Of a DNA stretch of 64,000 bases, positions 36,430-49,980 are shown piece by piece. Position numbers and translations under genes: made by a program. The stretch comes from Camelus ferus (taxonomy: Eukaryota). The stretch lies in assembly GCF_009834535.1 (NCBI RefSeq), contig NC_045696.1, positions 107,944,001-108,008,000 on the forward strand, given 5' to 3'. The notes under the pieces were generated by a model. It ran no database searches. It worked only from the letters and a program-made list of their open reading frames with translations, and was not told the origin of the DNA. How positions within the stretch are numbered: the stretch's first letter is position 1; each line of letters opens with the position of its first letter.

Positions 36430-36965
36430 TACCTAAAGAGAGAGGGAAACTCCGATGAGCCAATGAAGATGCACAAAGAGAAAGGGTCCCCATTAATCAT
36501 CTTCCTGCCACAGAGAATGTGAAGCCACCCAGCCAGGTAAGAATTGGTCTATTTCCTTCCTCTCCTTGCTGCCAAGCCCCTATAACATTTGGGAGAACAA
36601 AACAGCAGGGTGTTAAGTGGGCGAGGAAGACAGGTGGGGGGAACAGAGAGCAGAAGGCCCCACTTCCCCTTCCCCAGTGCGGGCTGCCAGCCCCGGGCAG
36701 TGGAGGGCAGGAGGTTTACCACCAACTGAAGTTGTGAGTTTTGCTTATTTCAGGGGATTATGCATTCTGATTGCTAAACTGAGACTGTGTTGGTGACTTC
36801 AAATGACTGTGGATTGTCCGTTACTTAAAAGGGAACAGAGAAGCCATGGGACTCAAGAGTTTTCATTCAGGAACAGGGAAGGTGACTTCCACTGAGTCAA
36901 TGTGTAAAGGAAACAATGGGAGACAAAGCCAAGTTGAGCTTCATTGCCAGGTGGCATGCCTGCTC
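36430..36965 (+). mobile_element. Ancient Gypsy-like LTR (MamGypLTR-type)
   Basis: gtgaagccacccagccaggtaag...aaactgagactgtgtt...gaagccatgggact...caatgggagac resembles MamGypLTR1 as recalled. Confidence 0.45.
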
Positions 36966-37458
36966 CACACACCACATGGAAAGCATTTTGCCAATTCTAA
37001 GATACCCTTGATACGAAGGCAAAGTATAATTTTAGATGCTGCTAAAAAAGAAAAGAATTGCTACCTATGATACATCAAAAATAAGCTAAAAATCCATAAC
37101 GAACAAAATACCAAGTTTTAAATAGGATCAGGAACACTGATTTTTTTCTTTTGCCTCAGGCTCCGTTATGTTTCAGGATGACACTGTCACCAAACTTTGT
37201 TTAAAAATGTAACATTTTGTTCATCATTTTGGGGCAGTAATTTTTTTTGAAAAATATTCATTAAAATATATTTATCTTGATTTTTGAGTTTTTTTGGCAC
37301 CCGACTAAATTTTTCATCCAAGTGCCTTGCTCGAATTACCTGCTTCACCAAATTCCTCTGGGAGATAGAGATGGGGGTAGGAAAAAAAAGAAGAGAAAGA
37401 AGAGAAAAAAGAAAAAGCACAAAAGATCCTTTTGCTTGTTTTCTTGCCCATGTAATTA

Positions 37459-37599
37459 TTTCTTTTTAAAAAATTATTTATTTTTGGGGGGAGAGTAATT
37501 AGGTATTTACTTATTTACTTTAATGGGGTACTGAGGATTGAACCCAGGATCCAGTGCATGCTAAGCACGTGCTCTACCACTTGAGCTACACCCTCCCTG
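37459..37599 (-). mobile_element. Camelid tRNA-Ala-derived SINE
   Basis: Full head and tail. Perfect 16-bp TSD cttgcccatgtaatta at 37443-37458 and 37600-37615. Confidence 0.92.
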
Positions 37600-37929
37600 C
37601 TTGCCCATGTAATTACAAATGGGAGTGAGAGTTTCATAAATTTCTCAAACAGAGATCTCATTAAAATTCTTGCTGGGAGATATCAGAGATGGTCTAAGTG
37701 ATAGCCTCAGATACCACTGAAGAAGGGAGCTCTTTTTGAGAAGACTCCAATTTACTGCCTGGGTGACAGAAATCCACAGTAACTGGGTAAATCGGTGCTT
37801 TCCCTGCCACTGTTATTAAAGTGGGAAGCAAGATTCTTGTTGTGCTTATTTCCTCATTCCTGCCACTTAAGGAAATTCCCTCTAGTTCCAGGCAAAGTAT
37901 AAAAGGAGATTTATGACTCTTGTGTGTAA

Positions 37930-38170
37930 TGATAATACCTGGTTTACAGCTCTCTACCATTTTCATCATCTCATTTAATTCTCATAATATTTCTCATTCA
38001 ATTCTCAAAACTACCACAGAGGGTAGGCAGGGAAGGTATTGCTCTATTTTATGGACAAGTTATCAGTTTCATTTTTCAGGTGAAGCTGACCCAAGTCACA
38101 TGATGAACTGCTACCAAATGGGAACCAGAACCCTGCTCTGTCTACTTCAAGGACAGTCCCTTTCCTTCAT
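37930..38170 (-). mobile_element. MIR fragment
   Basis: atctcatttaattctcataa...ggtaggcagggaaggtattgctctattttatggac...gacccaagtcaca. Confidence 0.55.
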
Positions 38171-40869
38171 GGTGTCGTATGCCACTGCAGACAGGCGGAG
38201 AGACACTTTAAGTGAGGGATTGCAGCTATAATCTGAGCTGGTTAGCAGCTGATCTCCTTGAGGCTATATCCAGTCTCCTAATGCTGTTTCATATTAAACA
38301 GGTTTGTGAGTGAGTCACTTGGCTGGCACCAACCAGCAAAGCGATTGCTTCAGCTCTGCTTGGAAACTCTAAGTCCTCCCTTTGCCTGGGGGAAACAAAC
38401 TCAATGCGGCTCCGTCTGGGGCTGACTGTGTGTTTCACTTACATAATTTCAGGCTTCATTGAGCATTCACCCGTTTTCCCTTTCCATGCTTACGTGATTT
38501 GGTACAGTGTTCTCTTATGCTGACACCTCTGTCTACAAAAGTTTCCCTTTGTTTAGGTGATACTGAAGTAGAAAAGACACGCCCTACCAAGGGAACTCTT
38601 AGTCAAAAAAAGCAAAGGAAACTGTTGATTAGACTAACTGGGTTCCCACCTGACACCCAGGTGAGTCTTAGTGGTGACAGAATTTCTATCAGTTCAAGGA
38701 GGGAGTTTGGATTTTCTGCTTCTTGTCCAGGACTGAGGTGTAGGTTGCTCTTGGTAATTAATTTGGGAGCTAAAAAATCCCCTCCTAAGCTCAGGGACCT
38801 GACTGCTGAAAGAGTACCTAGCTGTCTTTGAGCTGGAGTTGCTACCTCAGTTGCTACCCCTGTGCCCTACAGAGAGGGTGACACCGTACTTGCCAATGTT
38901 TTATTGTGTTATTTTACGTTAAATGACTGTTTTCCCTATTGGACTCTGAGCACCTAGAGGGCAGGGATCACATCTTTAACTGGGATCCCCTGAGAGCTGG
39001 GCACCTCGTAGCCAGTTTTATCATCATGTGGCATCCAAGAGTAAAACACAATGCCAGTTGCAAAGAAGTTCATAAAGTCTCCAAAAGACCATGGGCAGAA
39101 ATTACAATCACACCCATGTACACTGCCTGTGCTACTTTGTCCTTCGCTGGTCTGTCTCCCCAAGTCCACTTACTGACCCATCTCCTCCCAATTTGCTCAC
39201 CACCTCCACTCCAGCCTCTCCTGGTTCTCTCTCTCCTTCGCTCCCCCAGATCTCTGCTCTCTTCTCCTCCAGTCATCTCTGGCTCAGTTCTTTGTGATAT
39301 GGTCTCCCTTGAATTCTTTCAGTCTTCTTTCTCCCCCATTCTCCTGATGGGCACGACACATCCCAGAAGTGGAGTATGTGAACAGAAACCTCCGTAAAGG
39401 GCCTGGGAGTGTTGCTAGGAGGGAGGAGGAGGCTGTGAACACATATGTGTTAATATTTTTGTCCTCGTCACAGTTATCTTTGTTTCCTCGGCACTTAGCT
39501 CTGCATTGAGCACATATTAGCTTTTCAGCGAATGATTCATGAATGAATGAATGAAGAATTATTAGCCTTTACCCCAGTGTGCCATCAAAGCTGTTCATGA
39601 GTGCCACCCCTCTTAAGGAGAGACTGACTGGTCAATAGTCTTTGTCCCATCAGTCAGTGGGATTTGGCCGTATCTTTTTGGCTGCTTTTAATCTTGCAGG
39701 CAGAGATGCCAGGCTCCCTGTAGCCAGCCTCCATCGGGAAGGGGGCTTATTCCTCCCAAGGCCTCTTGTGCCTGGCCTGCTTCACGCCTTGATCCTGCCA
39801 GCGCCGTTTCCTGAGACCAGGCCTATGCTCTACCTGCCCTGCGCCTCAGTGAACAGAACACTTCCACGAGTGCCTCTTCGACCCGGTGCAGCCTCACTCT
39901 GTTGACCTCAGTTCTTTGAGGGGGCTCTTCCAGTGGCCCCTCAATGCCTGGCTGGTAACTGGGCTAAGTCTGCTGCATTAGGCTCAGATTTTTGTCTTTT
40001 ATCATTGATCTCTGCTGAGTCCACCCTGACTCCCATCTCTGGCTTTTTTGATCTAAAATTTCTTTGCCTTTTTATAATCTCTAGAAACCACTTTCCTAAC
40101 CCTTTTCTGGATGCAAACTTTGACCATTGTCTTCTAATAAGACTGTGGGTCTCAACTCTAGAGAGCCATGGCTCAAAGTGGAGAAGGAACAGGCAAATGG
40201 CACCTTCCATCTGAACACCAAGGCCTCCCTGTTCTGGCCAAGGCTTCCTGCAGAGACTTGATTTGAAAGTTAGTATTAATACATTCTGGCAAGAATATTG
40301 GTTATAAGTGACTTTTTCTAGTTAGACATTAAGATCTATTTCTACGTTATGATGAGAGAAGAAACATGATATAAGATGGATGGAGAGTTAGGTTGAAACA
40401 GAGATAATTCCCTGAAGATATTATGATGCTTTTTTAAAAAAGTCAAGGCATCCAGCTAGTGCGGAGAGGAGAAACATTTGTTGGATAATAGAATTTTAAA
40501 TTATTCCTGGATAGAATCCTCTAAATTCTACTGCTCCAACACTGCTCAAAAATCCAACTGGGAGGAGGATTTGCTCTATTTACTTAATTTATTTATTTGG
40601 GGTGGCTCTATTTAAGTCCAAGCAGAGTTTACCTATAGACATCTGATGTCATTAAATATTAGCCAGAGTCCTGTGGAAAGTCTTAAGATTATCTGGACAA
40701 CGTCAATGCTAGTAGAAGTGTTATTTGATTAATATTTATTTTACGTTAAACACTGTTTGTTGTTTTTAGTGTTTCATTTACAAATAAGGTTACCTATTCT
40801 CAGGGGCTTCTATCTCTGAATGGATCAATAAGAGTTAGTGGTAAAACACTGGTTTAATGGATAGCACAT

Positions 40870-41500
40870 AGAGCCCAAGAAGGTGAGATGATGAAAATAG
40901 AGGGAGCTAGAATATAATAAAATAGTGGGACCTGAGGATTAGCACCCTAAAGGAGGTCAAAGAGTAGTTGTTTTTGTTTGTTTTTCTTAAAGGAGAGAGC
41001 AGGAAAATGGACTGATTGTGGGTTTTGGTGGGATATTAGGATTTAGGTTGGCAAAACTGAAATAGCTCTGGGTAGTGGTTTTGTTCAGGGTGAAGCCACA
41101 GGAGTGGCTGGTGAAGTGGAGAGCAAGAGAAAGTCACCTGTAGCCTTGGCAAGACAAGGGGAAGAGAGTTAGACTGAGGTCCAGTGAATGTGGAGTGAGT
41201 GACCAAGAAAAGGCTTGATGACCATGATTGATGGGCACAATGAAGGGTAGAGAGTTTCTACAACTCAGTGAAGAATAAGTGTTTGGATATAGTAAAATGG
41301 AGCCAGAAGAATAAATATATTCCTTTTCCCAAAAAGCCATGGGGTGTGTGAAGAATGGAAGAATGAATACCCTTACTCCTGGGGAGCTGCAGGAAAGCCT
41401 GTATCCTTCAACAAGTCTGTGTTTCAGTTAGGGCAGGAGGGAAAAAGAGCCAGAGGAAAGTCTTGTATTGCAGAGAAGGGAGTTGGCGAGTGGATACGGA
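40870..41500 (-). mobile_element. L2 5'-region fragment
   Basis: Purine-rich antisense L2-like text (gttcagggtgaagccacaggagtggctgg...gtccagtgaatgtggag). Confidence 0.45.
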
Positions 41501-42918
41501 CCCCAGAGGGTGGGTAGAAACCATTGGGTTGTGGGGGAGGGAATGGTAAGAGGATGAGCCAAGGGGAGGATGGAGGTAATAGTAACAGGAAAAGCCAGGC
41601 CATTAGAGGGGCTTAGTACTCAGGGTGGAAGCAAAGCTTGCCAGTAGAGGGGAGGTAGGTAAAGCAGAATTAACTAGTCTGGAGGGTCTGTTTGGGCCTC
41701 TGGCATAAGAGGTTTCTAAGCCCATGCAGAGAGGGTGCCGGGTAGCGTCTGAGGCTAGGTGTTGCCTACTCTTATGGTCTTGTCAGCAATGAGAGGCCTC
41801 TGCCCAGGGCACCAAAGTGTTGCAACATGACTGTAAGTTTGTTTGTGTTTCAGCATGAACCAGCCTCTGTTCAAGAGGGTGGAATTGTTAGACCTGAATC
41901 AAAGGAACGGAACAATACATGCTCCCAGGCCTTCTGGGGAAGTGCCTCTAATCTTGGCTCCTGGTAAATCAGCTAAGCCTCTCCTCATGTTGGTGACACT
42001 CCCTCATCCCTTGTGTCCCCCTGGAAGCACTGGGCCTCAGCCATAGTCTTCAAGTTTAAAAGAGGTAAGAAATCAACACCTAAATTCCTGGCTAACCCAA
42101 CTTGACCGAGTGACCAGAAGATAAAGCTGCCCCCAAGAATCTTAATCATGATGACAGTGAGTCTTCGCAACACCACTTCCCATTGCTAGGGTGACCACAC
42201 CTCACCCTAGATAAGAAGCTGAGAACTTGATCCAAGAGGGAAAAACTGTAAACTCAGGTTTTTGGGAAAACTGACACTAAATTAAGACAGGAAAAGCAGC
42301 AAGATGAGTGCAGTGCTGAATCAGTGAGTGGCTGATCTAACCTTTCTGTAACTCGGATGTCAGCTGTAGTCCCCCTGGTCACCCTGCCCTCAGTAGCTAT
42401 CAGGACTGGCTCCGATCCTCAGGAAAGTACAGTGCCCTCCTCAGGCTTGTGCACAGCCCCTCCTGCTGTGATTCCCAACTTGGGCTGAGTTCTTCTTCAC
42501 CCCTAAGGGGACCCAATCACAGGACCTAACTCCTTCTCCCTGGTTTCCTCCTAGAGCACCGCTGGCAGAAGTTAGCAGCATGTTGTAGAGCTCCTGCTGG
42601 TGGGGGCCACAGATGAGCACTAGACAGTGGATGATACAGAGTTAATAGCAGATAGGCCTGTTTTAAAAAATCCCCTTGGTTATTTTTGCCAGCTCCCAGA
42701 TTCCAGACTTCCACCATGTTGCCTAATTCTTTTTCTCCTTGCCTCTCTCCCCCATCTCTTTCCTCTTTCACTCTATCTCACTCCAAGTTCCTCTGCATTT
42801 TTTAAAGCAGAGAGATTTATCTGTTTCCTGGTAACTCCTGACAACCCCTGTCCCAGGACTCACCCTCTACTCCCACTTGGCTTCTCCAGGTATTTTCCTA
42901 AACAAGATAGTTCCTTCT

Positions 42919-43095
42919 TCTTTTTCAAAGAACATATATTTTATTTACTATTGCATTATTTAATTATTTTATCTTGGCAGGGGAGGGAGGTAATTTGGTT
43001 AATTTTAAGAGGAGGTACTGGGGATTGAACCCAGGACCTCCTGCTAAGCATGTATGTGCTCTACCACTTGAGCTATACCCCCCCCCCCCCCCACA
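42919..43095 (-). mobile_element. Camelid tRNA-Ala-derived SINE
   Basis: ggaggtactggggattgaacccaggacctc...tgagctataccc. 15-bp TSD aagatagttccttct at 42904-42918 and 43096-43110. Confidence 0.92.
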
Positions 43096-44085
43096 AAGAT
43101 AGTTCCTTCTCTAAGAGGAATTCTGGAGCAAACTGGATAGAAGATTTTCCTTGCACATCTGTTTTTATTGCTTCTGTTGAAAGACAGCTCGCTCCCAGCA
43201 TCTGCAATGGGGCTGAACCTACAGGTACATTTTAAGTGGTTCCTGACATGATGGGCAGAGGAGAGGTAAGTAGCCAGCTTTGGCTGCTCCCGTGACCTTC
43301 TCAACCAGGGCTTGGTTCTCACACGTTCTCAACATTGTGACCCCCTGAGTGACTTTTCTCAAGGGGACTTCCCAGACCACCTGTGTGCTTGTTCTTGAAA
43401 AATGCATCAGCTTGTCCTTCATTCACTCCCTTTGGGTAACAGAACCTCCCTCTGCTCTCTCTCTTTCTCTGAACTCCTAGCTCAGATATCTTCCTCCTTT
43501 CTCTCTGGGAGGACAGACACAAAGCAGCCCTTTGTTTAGGGCTTGAAAGCTCAGTGTCTCTTTTCACCTAACTGGAAGGAAGTATTTTTCCATTCACTTC
43601 ATTTTCTTACTGGAATTTGCTAACTGAAGCTGAGTAGCTTAGTTTGCACACAAAGTTGTTCATTAATTAACAGCCTCCAGGCCAGGTTGTCCTTATCAGG
43701 ACTTAATATCTAACTCAGCACTGGCTAACCCAGAAAGAGTGCTGGAAATTGCTGGTAGTTACTGCTACGATGGGAAAGGACCTCCAAGGTGGGAACAATT
43801 GTCTTTTCTCGGCTGGAAGCTATTCTGAAGACTAAGACCCTTCAAGGACTGTAACCTGAAAGGTTTGGGGATCCTTGACAGAGATCACGATGGCCACCAC
43901 TTTGCCAGTTTCTTGTAACAATGAAGTGAGACAAATGCCTCAGGATTCTGAGAGACAGAAAATAGTAAAAAGAGGGTTCTTGAAATTATTTTTTTTCAAG
44001 AAGTCTTTTTTATTTTCTACTCAAGAAAGCCATAAGTAATTTCCAGCTATTGCCTCACTGGTTTCTCCATCCACTACTATCTGGT

Positions 44086-44670
44086 TGTGATAGGTAGAAT
44101 TTTGGATCCAAGATTTTTGCACTCTGATATTATTCCTGAGGTTATGCTATATTAATTGGCAAAAGAGACTTTGCACAGGTAATTAAGGTTACTAATCAGT
44201 TGGCCTTAAAATAGGGATATTATCTGAGTGGGTCCAATGTAGTTATGTGAGCCATTAAAAGCTAAGGGCAGAAGAGAAAGGCAGAGAGATTCCAGGCATG
44301 AGAAGGATTCAGTGTGCCGTTGCTGGCTCTGAGATAGAGGGGCCATGTGCAAGGACCAGGGAGAGGCCTTTTGAAGCTAAAGCAGCCCCCCAGTTGACAA
44401 TCATCAGGGAAACAGAGACCTTAGTCCTACAACTGCAAGGACCTGAACCCTGCTGACAACCTGAATGAGTTTGGAAGTGGATTCTTCCCCAGAACCTCCA
44501 GAAAGGAATGCAGACTTGCCGATTTGACTTAGGCCTTGTCAGACTAATCAGAGAACCCAGTGGACCTATGCCGCATGCTGACTTCTGACCTACAGAAACT
44601 GTGAGACAAATATGTTGGTTTAACCTTCAAAGTTGGTGGAAATTTGTTGCAGAAATAGAAAATGATTACA
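44086..44670 (+). mobile_element. MLT1D/E-like MaLR solo LTR
   Basis: TG...CA ends; ggcaaaagagactttgcacaggtaattaaggtt; agtcctacaactgcaagg; acaacctgaatgagtttggaagtggattcttcccc. Confidence 0.85.
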
Positions 44671-44832
44671 TGGGGTTTCTGTGTTTCTGTTCAAAAGGTG
44701 TGGGGAGTGAAGACTCTCCTTTCTCAGGAGGAGCTGACTAAGCAGTGGCCTTCATGGCATGGCTATGTGGGCAGTCTGGTCACTATGCTCAAAGTGGGGA
44801 GGTGGTTTGGCTTTTTGCTCTGTAATCTAGAT

Positions 44833-45043
44833 CTGTGCAGTCCAATACAGTAGTCACTAGCCCTAGATGGCTTAAACTGAAATGTACATGAATTGAAATT
44901 AAATAAAATTTAAAGTTCGATTCCTTGGTTGTACTAGTTATATTTTAAGTGTTCACCATGCCTCTGTGGCTAATGGCTACCGACTTGGAAGGCACAGATA
45001 TAGAACATTTCCTTTATTGCAGAAAGTTCTATTGGATAGTTTG
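44833..45043. mobile_element. MER3-like hAT MITE
   Basis: gtccaatacagtagtcactagcc...gtggctaatggctacc...gcagaaagttctattggatag; opposite orientation to the copy at 1520. Confidence 0.75.
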
Positions 45044-45164
45044 GATCCAGATGGTTAATAGTGACAACACCCATTTGCATCTGTTCTTTTTCTCATTTGG
45101 GACTGAGAGAGAGAGCTCCTCTACTCTCTCGTAGAATTATTACAAAGCAGAATGCAGGCCAAGG

Positions 45165-45430
45165 GAAAGAACTTGGCTTTGGGGTTAGAAGACCTGAATC
45201 TGAATCCTGTATCCCCATTGCTGTCTTACCGCAAGCTAGTTAATGAACCTTTGTGAGCTTACTTTTTTTTGTTTGTTTGTTTTTTTCACCTGGGATACAG
45301 ACGACATAATTGGAGGCTAACGATCTCTGATTCTTGGGGTTGTTGTAGGGTTGTTGTGAGGATGAAAGGAGGGAATTGTCTTAAATTGTCACAGATTGTT
45401 TGGGACACAGGAGTTGCTCAGGGAATAGTA
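45165..45430 (+). mobile_element. MIR
   Basis: ttggctttggggttagaagacctgaatctgaatcc...gggttgttgtgaggatgaaag. Confidence 0.65.
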
Positions 45431-45479
45431 GCTAATGTGGTTGCTCACACACGTGTCAGCCCCAGGTTCTAACAGGACA

Positions 45480-46480
45480 GACTGTTCATCCAATACCCTG
45501 GCCAGAACCATATGTGGCCTTGTCTCCATTTCCACCTCAATCACCACTCCCACGGCCAGACCCCCAAATAAAGCATTTCAACAATTTCACTCCCCACCCC
45601 AGACCCTACAATTTCAAACACCGTACTCCTTCACCCCTACCCAATACGTTCCTCTGAACATCTGATTCCTTATGAGTCTCGAATAGCCCCGATTCCTCTA
45701 GTCCATTATCTCACCAGGGAAATAGAAGCAGCCAGAAAAGAATGTCCACAAGCTCCTATCACTATATCTACCCCTCCTTCTGGTACTGGTGCACGTGGAC
45801 TCTGCCTTTCCTCCTGCTGTGATGGGTGAGTCAACCTCACCACCTCTGCCCTGGATCCTGCCCCTCTTTTCTCCTCTAGAATTGCACTCTCCTGCATCTA
45901 GAATCCTTCTCTCCTGCATCTTTCCTTTTCCCCCTTTCACTGGATCATTTCCATTGCATCAAATACACCTTAATGCTTCTCATATATAAAAATCCTTCCT
46001 AGACCCCTATCTTTCTTCAGCTGCTACCTCTTTTCTCAGCTCACTTTACTTTGGCGTTTTCTCATCCCCTTGAGTTCGAAATGTCAGAGTGTCCCCGGGT
46101 TTGGTCCTCAGAACTCCACTCTTCTCTGTCTACACTCATTCCCAGGGGAGGGACACAGATCCATGGCTTTAAACACCTTCCATGTGCTGTCAAATTTGTC
46201 TGCCCAGCCTGGACCTCTCCCCTGACCTACAGACCCATATCTAACTGCCTTCTTGACATCTCCAAGGGGAACTCATTAGGCATCTTAAACTTAGTATGTT
46301 CAAAAATGAACTGTTGATTTTCAGCCCCAATCCCCAAATCTGCTCCTCCCATAGTTATCCCTGACTCAACAAATGGAACTCCATTTAACGGAACTCCATC
46401 ACTTGCACACACTAAAAATTTCAGTTTCTCCTTGGTCCCTCTTTTTCTCTTACATACCTCATCTAGTCCATCAGAAAGCA
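45480..46480 (+). mobile_element. L2 fragment
   Basis: cttctctgtctacactca...catatctaactgccttcttgacatctcc...ggcatcttaaacttagtatgttcaaaa. Confidence 0.7.
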
Positions 46481-46589
46481 AAGGGAGCTCAAGAAACCTG
46501 AAAGGCTATCTCAGCCAGGCCAGAGAAAAGTCCCAAGTCACCAAAGAATACTCCCCTCTAGTGACTAGAATTTTTACACGACCCGGGTG

Positions 46590-47255
46590 TATTCAGCCTT
46601 ATTTGGCAAATCTCTTTGCACACTTACCACACTCCAGGCAATGTTCTAGGTGCTAGGGATAGAGCAGTGAACAAAAAGTTTCATGGAGCTTACCTTCTAC
46701 TGGAGGCAGACAGAAAACTTGTCTGGGTGAGGGGACATAATAGGGTGGCAGGATGCTGTTTCATGTAGGGTGCCAGGTAAGCATAGATATTTAAGCATTA
46801 AACATGGTGCACAGTGCAGATATCTGGGAATAAATTATTCAAGCAGGGGAGGAATGTGCCAGGGGTCCTAAGACAAGAGCATTCTTAGGATGTCCTAGGA
46901 GCAGCTTAAAGAATCTGTAGAGTACAGTGAGTAAGGAGGATAGTGGGGGGAAACAAGATTGGAGAGAGAGCACGTAGTCCTAGCAGCCCAAGAAAGACAT
47001 GTGGGCTTTTATTCTAACAGATAGGAAGGCAATGGAGGGTTTTGAGCAGAGGTACATCGTGATCTGATTTATATTTTAAAAGGATCGGTCTGACAGCCAG
47101 GTGAAGGATGGACTGTGACAGAGAGTGGAAACTGGGAGAGCAGTTGGGGGCCTATTCCATTAATCCAGGTGCAAGAAGATGGTCCTTGAGTTAGATGGTT
47201 ACTGTGGAGGTAGCAGGAAGTACTGGATTTAGAATTTGTTTTGAAGGTAGAGCTG
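46590..47255 (-). mobile_element. L2 3' end
   Basis: ccaggcaatgttctaggtgctagggatagagcagtgaacaa...catggagcttaccttcta...ggagggttttgagcagagg. Confidence 0.8.
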
Positions 47256-49409
47256 ACAAGGTTTGCTGAGCACGTGGTAGGAGCACAATTTATATCTGAT
47301 AAGTGATGGAATCACAGAGTGTTCTGGGGTGAGGCGGGACTTCTCCCCTAGATGAAACATCCCGGTCGTTGACACCCCGACCCTTTGTTCTCTTTCTGAG
47401 CTTGTCTGCAGCCATCTGATGACTCATACTTTGTTCCATGTCCCCTGACTCCAGGGAGGGGTGGCCTAAACATTGAACAAGAGGATATTATCCCTGGAAA
47501 ATATTTACAACTCTAACTTAATAAATAAGGATTCTGGATTATTTGTAATTCTCTTGCCAATTTTCTTTAGTTAGACCATCTCTCTCCCTGCTGCTAAAAG
47601 TTGAGTTCCAAGTCTGAAAACTTGAGGCCCAAACTCTGGAACATGGTGGTCCCACATGGTCCTTTCACATCTGTGAGCCCATTCTGACCCATTAATTGGA
47701 ATCCTTTTTGAGAGGTTTCTCTCATTTTAGCAACACATGCTTCTTATTACTCTTCCAATTCATATTGTTAAATTTCTAATATGTGGAGTTAATATAATTG
47801 GGAGGAAATCCATTAATCCTTGTCAGAGATTTATAGAGCTCTTCTTTACTTCCAAGTCCTCCTCTTCAGTTCCAAGGGCAGCAGTGAGGCCCAGCAGAGC
47901 CAGGACAGGGTGAGACAAGTGAGATGCCTAGGGTGCAACGTTTAAGGCGGCTCTCACTCCCAGGGCCACGTAAGTGCAGAGGGGGCACCTGAGGACAAGG
48001 GCTTCCTGAACGAGGTGCTCCGGATACCTCGACTGCCTCACCAGTGCCGGCCCTGCCACCCACAGAGAAGCATTTTGGTTTATTAACCAGGCAGCTGTAG
48101 CATCAAGAGCAAGACCAGTTCCCCACTGTTTGGCCGTGACTGTGCAACAGAAAGCTGCTCTCAGAGAAAGCAAATGGCGTGGAGAGGACCCATGTGCTGG
48201 GAAGCTCTGCCAATCTAGAAATGAGAAGCAGTGGGAAAATGGTGACGAACATTATGGAGTTTTGCTTCACAATCAACTCTACAAGCCACTGACATTCCAT
48301 TTGTTGAGGGCTACTTGGCTCTAGTGATCCTATCTCTAGCATTTTCATCTTGCTTGCAGTTCCTCAGATACAGCATTTCAAAAACGTTTATTCTCTACTA
48401 TCTTCTGCACCTTCTTTTCACGTGATAGAAATTAACAGAACAAATAACGACTGCAGTGCAAATGCTTTGGACAATCAGGTAAGGGCTTATTTTTGAGGTT
48501 GCGTTAACAGATTCCATTTGCAAAACAAGCCCAAATTAACTGAGTGATTCTGAATTAGCTCTTTAGTTTTTACCCTTAACCACGGATAATGCTGCTATGA
48601 ATTTCAGTTATTTAGAGGCAACATTAATATGTGTGAAACAAGAACAGCGATAAAGACAGAAAGGAATAAATTACTTGCTGCAAGACAGAATGACATTTTG
48701 ACTGGCACAGAGATTTTTTTTTTCCTTCACACACTTTGTGCTTTGACATTTCACTTGGCACAAACATTTCACAAATTCTTGACCTACTCTGATGTACTGT
48801 TGTTTAGCAATTGCTGACATGACATGTTTTAACCTCAAGCTCACTGGATTCCAAATGTTACCTCTTCCTGTCAGTCAGGGTTGGATGACCTCCAGAAAGC
48901 AATCCAGGCAAAAGTCTATGTACCTAGGAGGTTAAGTGTATTTGCTCAGAATGGAGAAAGAGTAGCTTGAAGTAGGAGTTGGGGAAAGGGCAGGAAAGGC
49001 GGTATCCTTCAGGCAGTTGTGGGGTGAAAAGAGGCAGAACACAGATCCCTAGGGAACCTTAACATCTTGAGAGAGACAACAGCCCCAAACATAAAATATC
49101 TAGGAATAAACCTAACAAGAAATAGGTGGGGCACATATGACAAAAATCTAAAACTTAGAGATAGAAGAGATTTAAATAATTGAGAAATACATTATTTTCC
49201 AGAGAAGGAAAATTTTATCATATAAAAATGTTACTTCTCAAATTACTTTTTAGATATTACTTGACTGTCTCTAGGCTCCACTGTCTGTGTGTACTGGACA
49301 GAGGCCACGTCCTTAGTCTTACCCAGATTTTGCCACCTTACTAACTTCTACTGACATCTTCTTACAATGCTCTGCTTGATCTCCTTTTTTTTTTTTTTTT
49401 TTTTAAGGA

Positions 49410-49980
49410 CGCTATCATTTAGAAATGCTTTCAGCTGCAAGTAATAAAACAACTTCACCAACAGTGGTTTAAATAATAAAGATGTTTCATCATCTCCCAT
49501 CATTGGACCATGGGTAGGCAGTTCCAGGTATGAGTAAGCATTGGCTCACTCAACAAAATCACCAAGGACCTAGGCTTTTTCTAGGTTTTCATTTTTTGCC
49601 AAGCTGGGAAAATTGCTTTTGTTGGAAGAATCACAGCTCCAAGCATAATGTCCACACATAACCATGTTCAGGGCAGGGAGAAGGGGCAGGGGCAAGAGGA
49701 ATTTCTTTTCACAGGGCTGTGTCTTTTTATCAGACAAGACGTTTTCTAGAACCACCCCCAGCAGCCTTCCCCTTCCCCTCATCACCCAGAGCTGGATCAC
49801 GTTGCCTGCCATTCTAGACCGATCACTGGCCAAGGGGGACTGCAACTGCCATGATGGACCTAGACCAAGCATGACTCAATCATGGATGCTGGGAACATGG
49901 CTGGCGGAACAAAACTGTGGTCCTGTTAGCTATGAAGAAGGGGACATGCTGTTCGGTAGGCAACCAACAACATTTGCCCA
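49410..49980 (-). mobile_element. MLT1K/L-like MaLR LTR
   Basis: atgctttcagctgcaagtaa...cagtggtttaaataataaag...tcactggccaagggg...ggtaggcaaccaaca. Confidence 0.7.
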
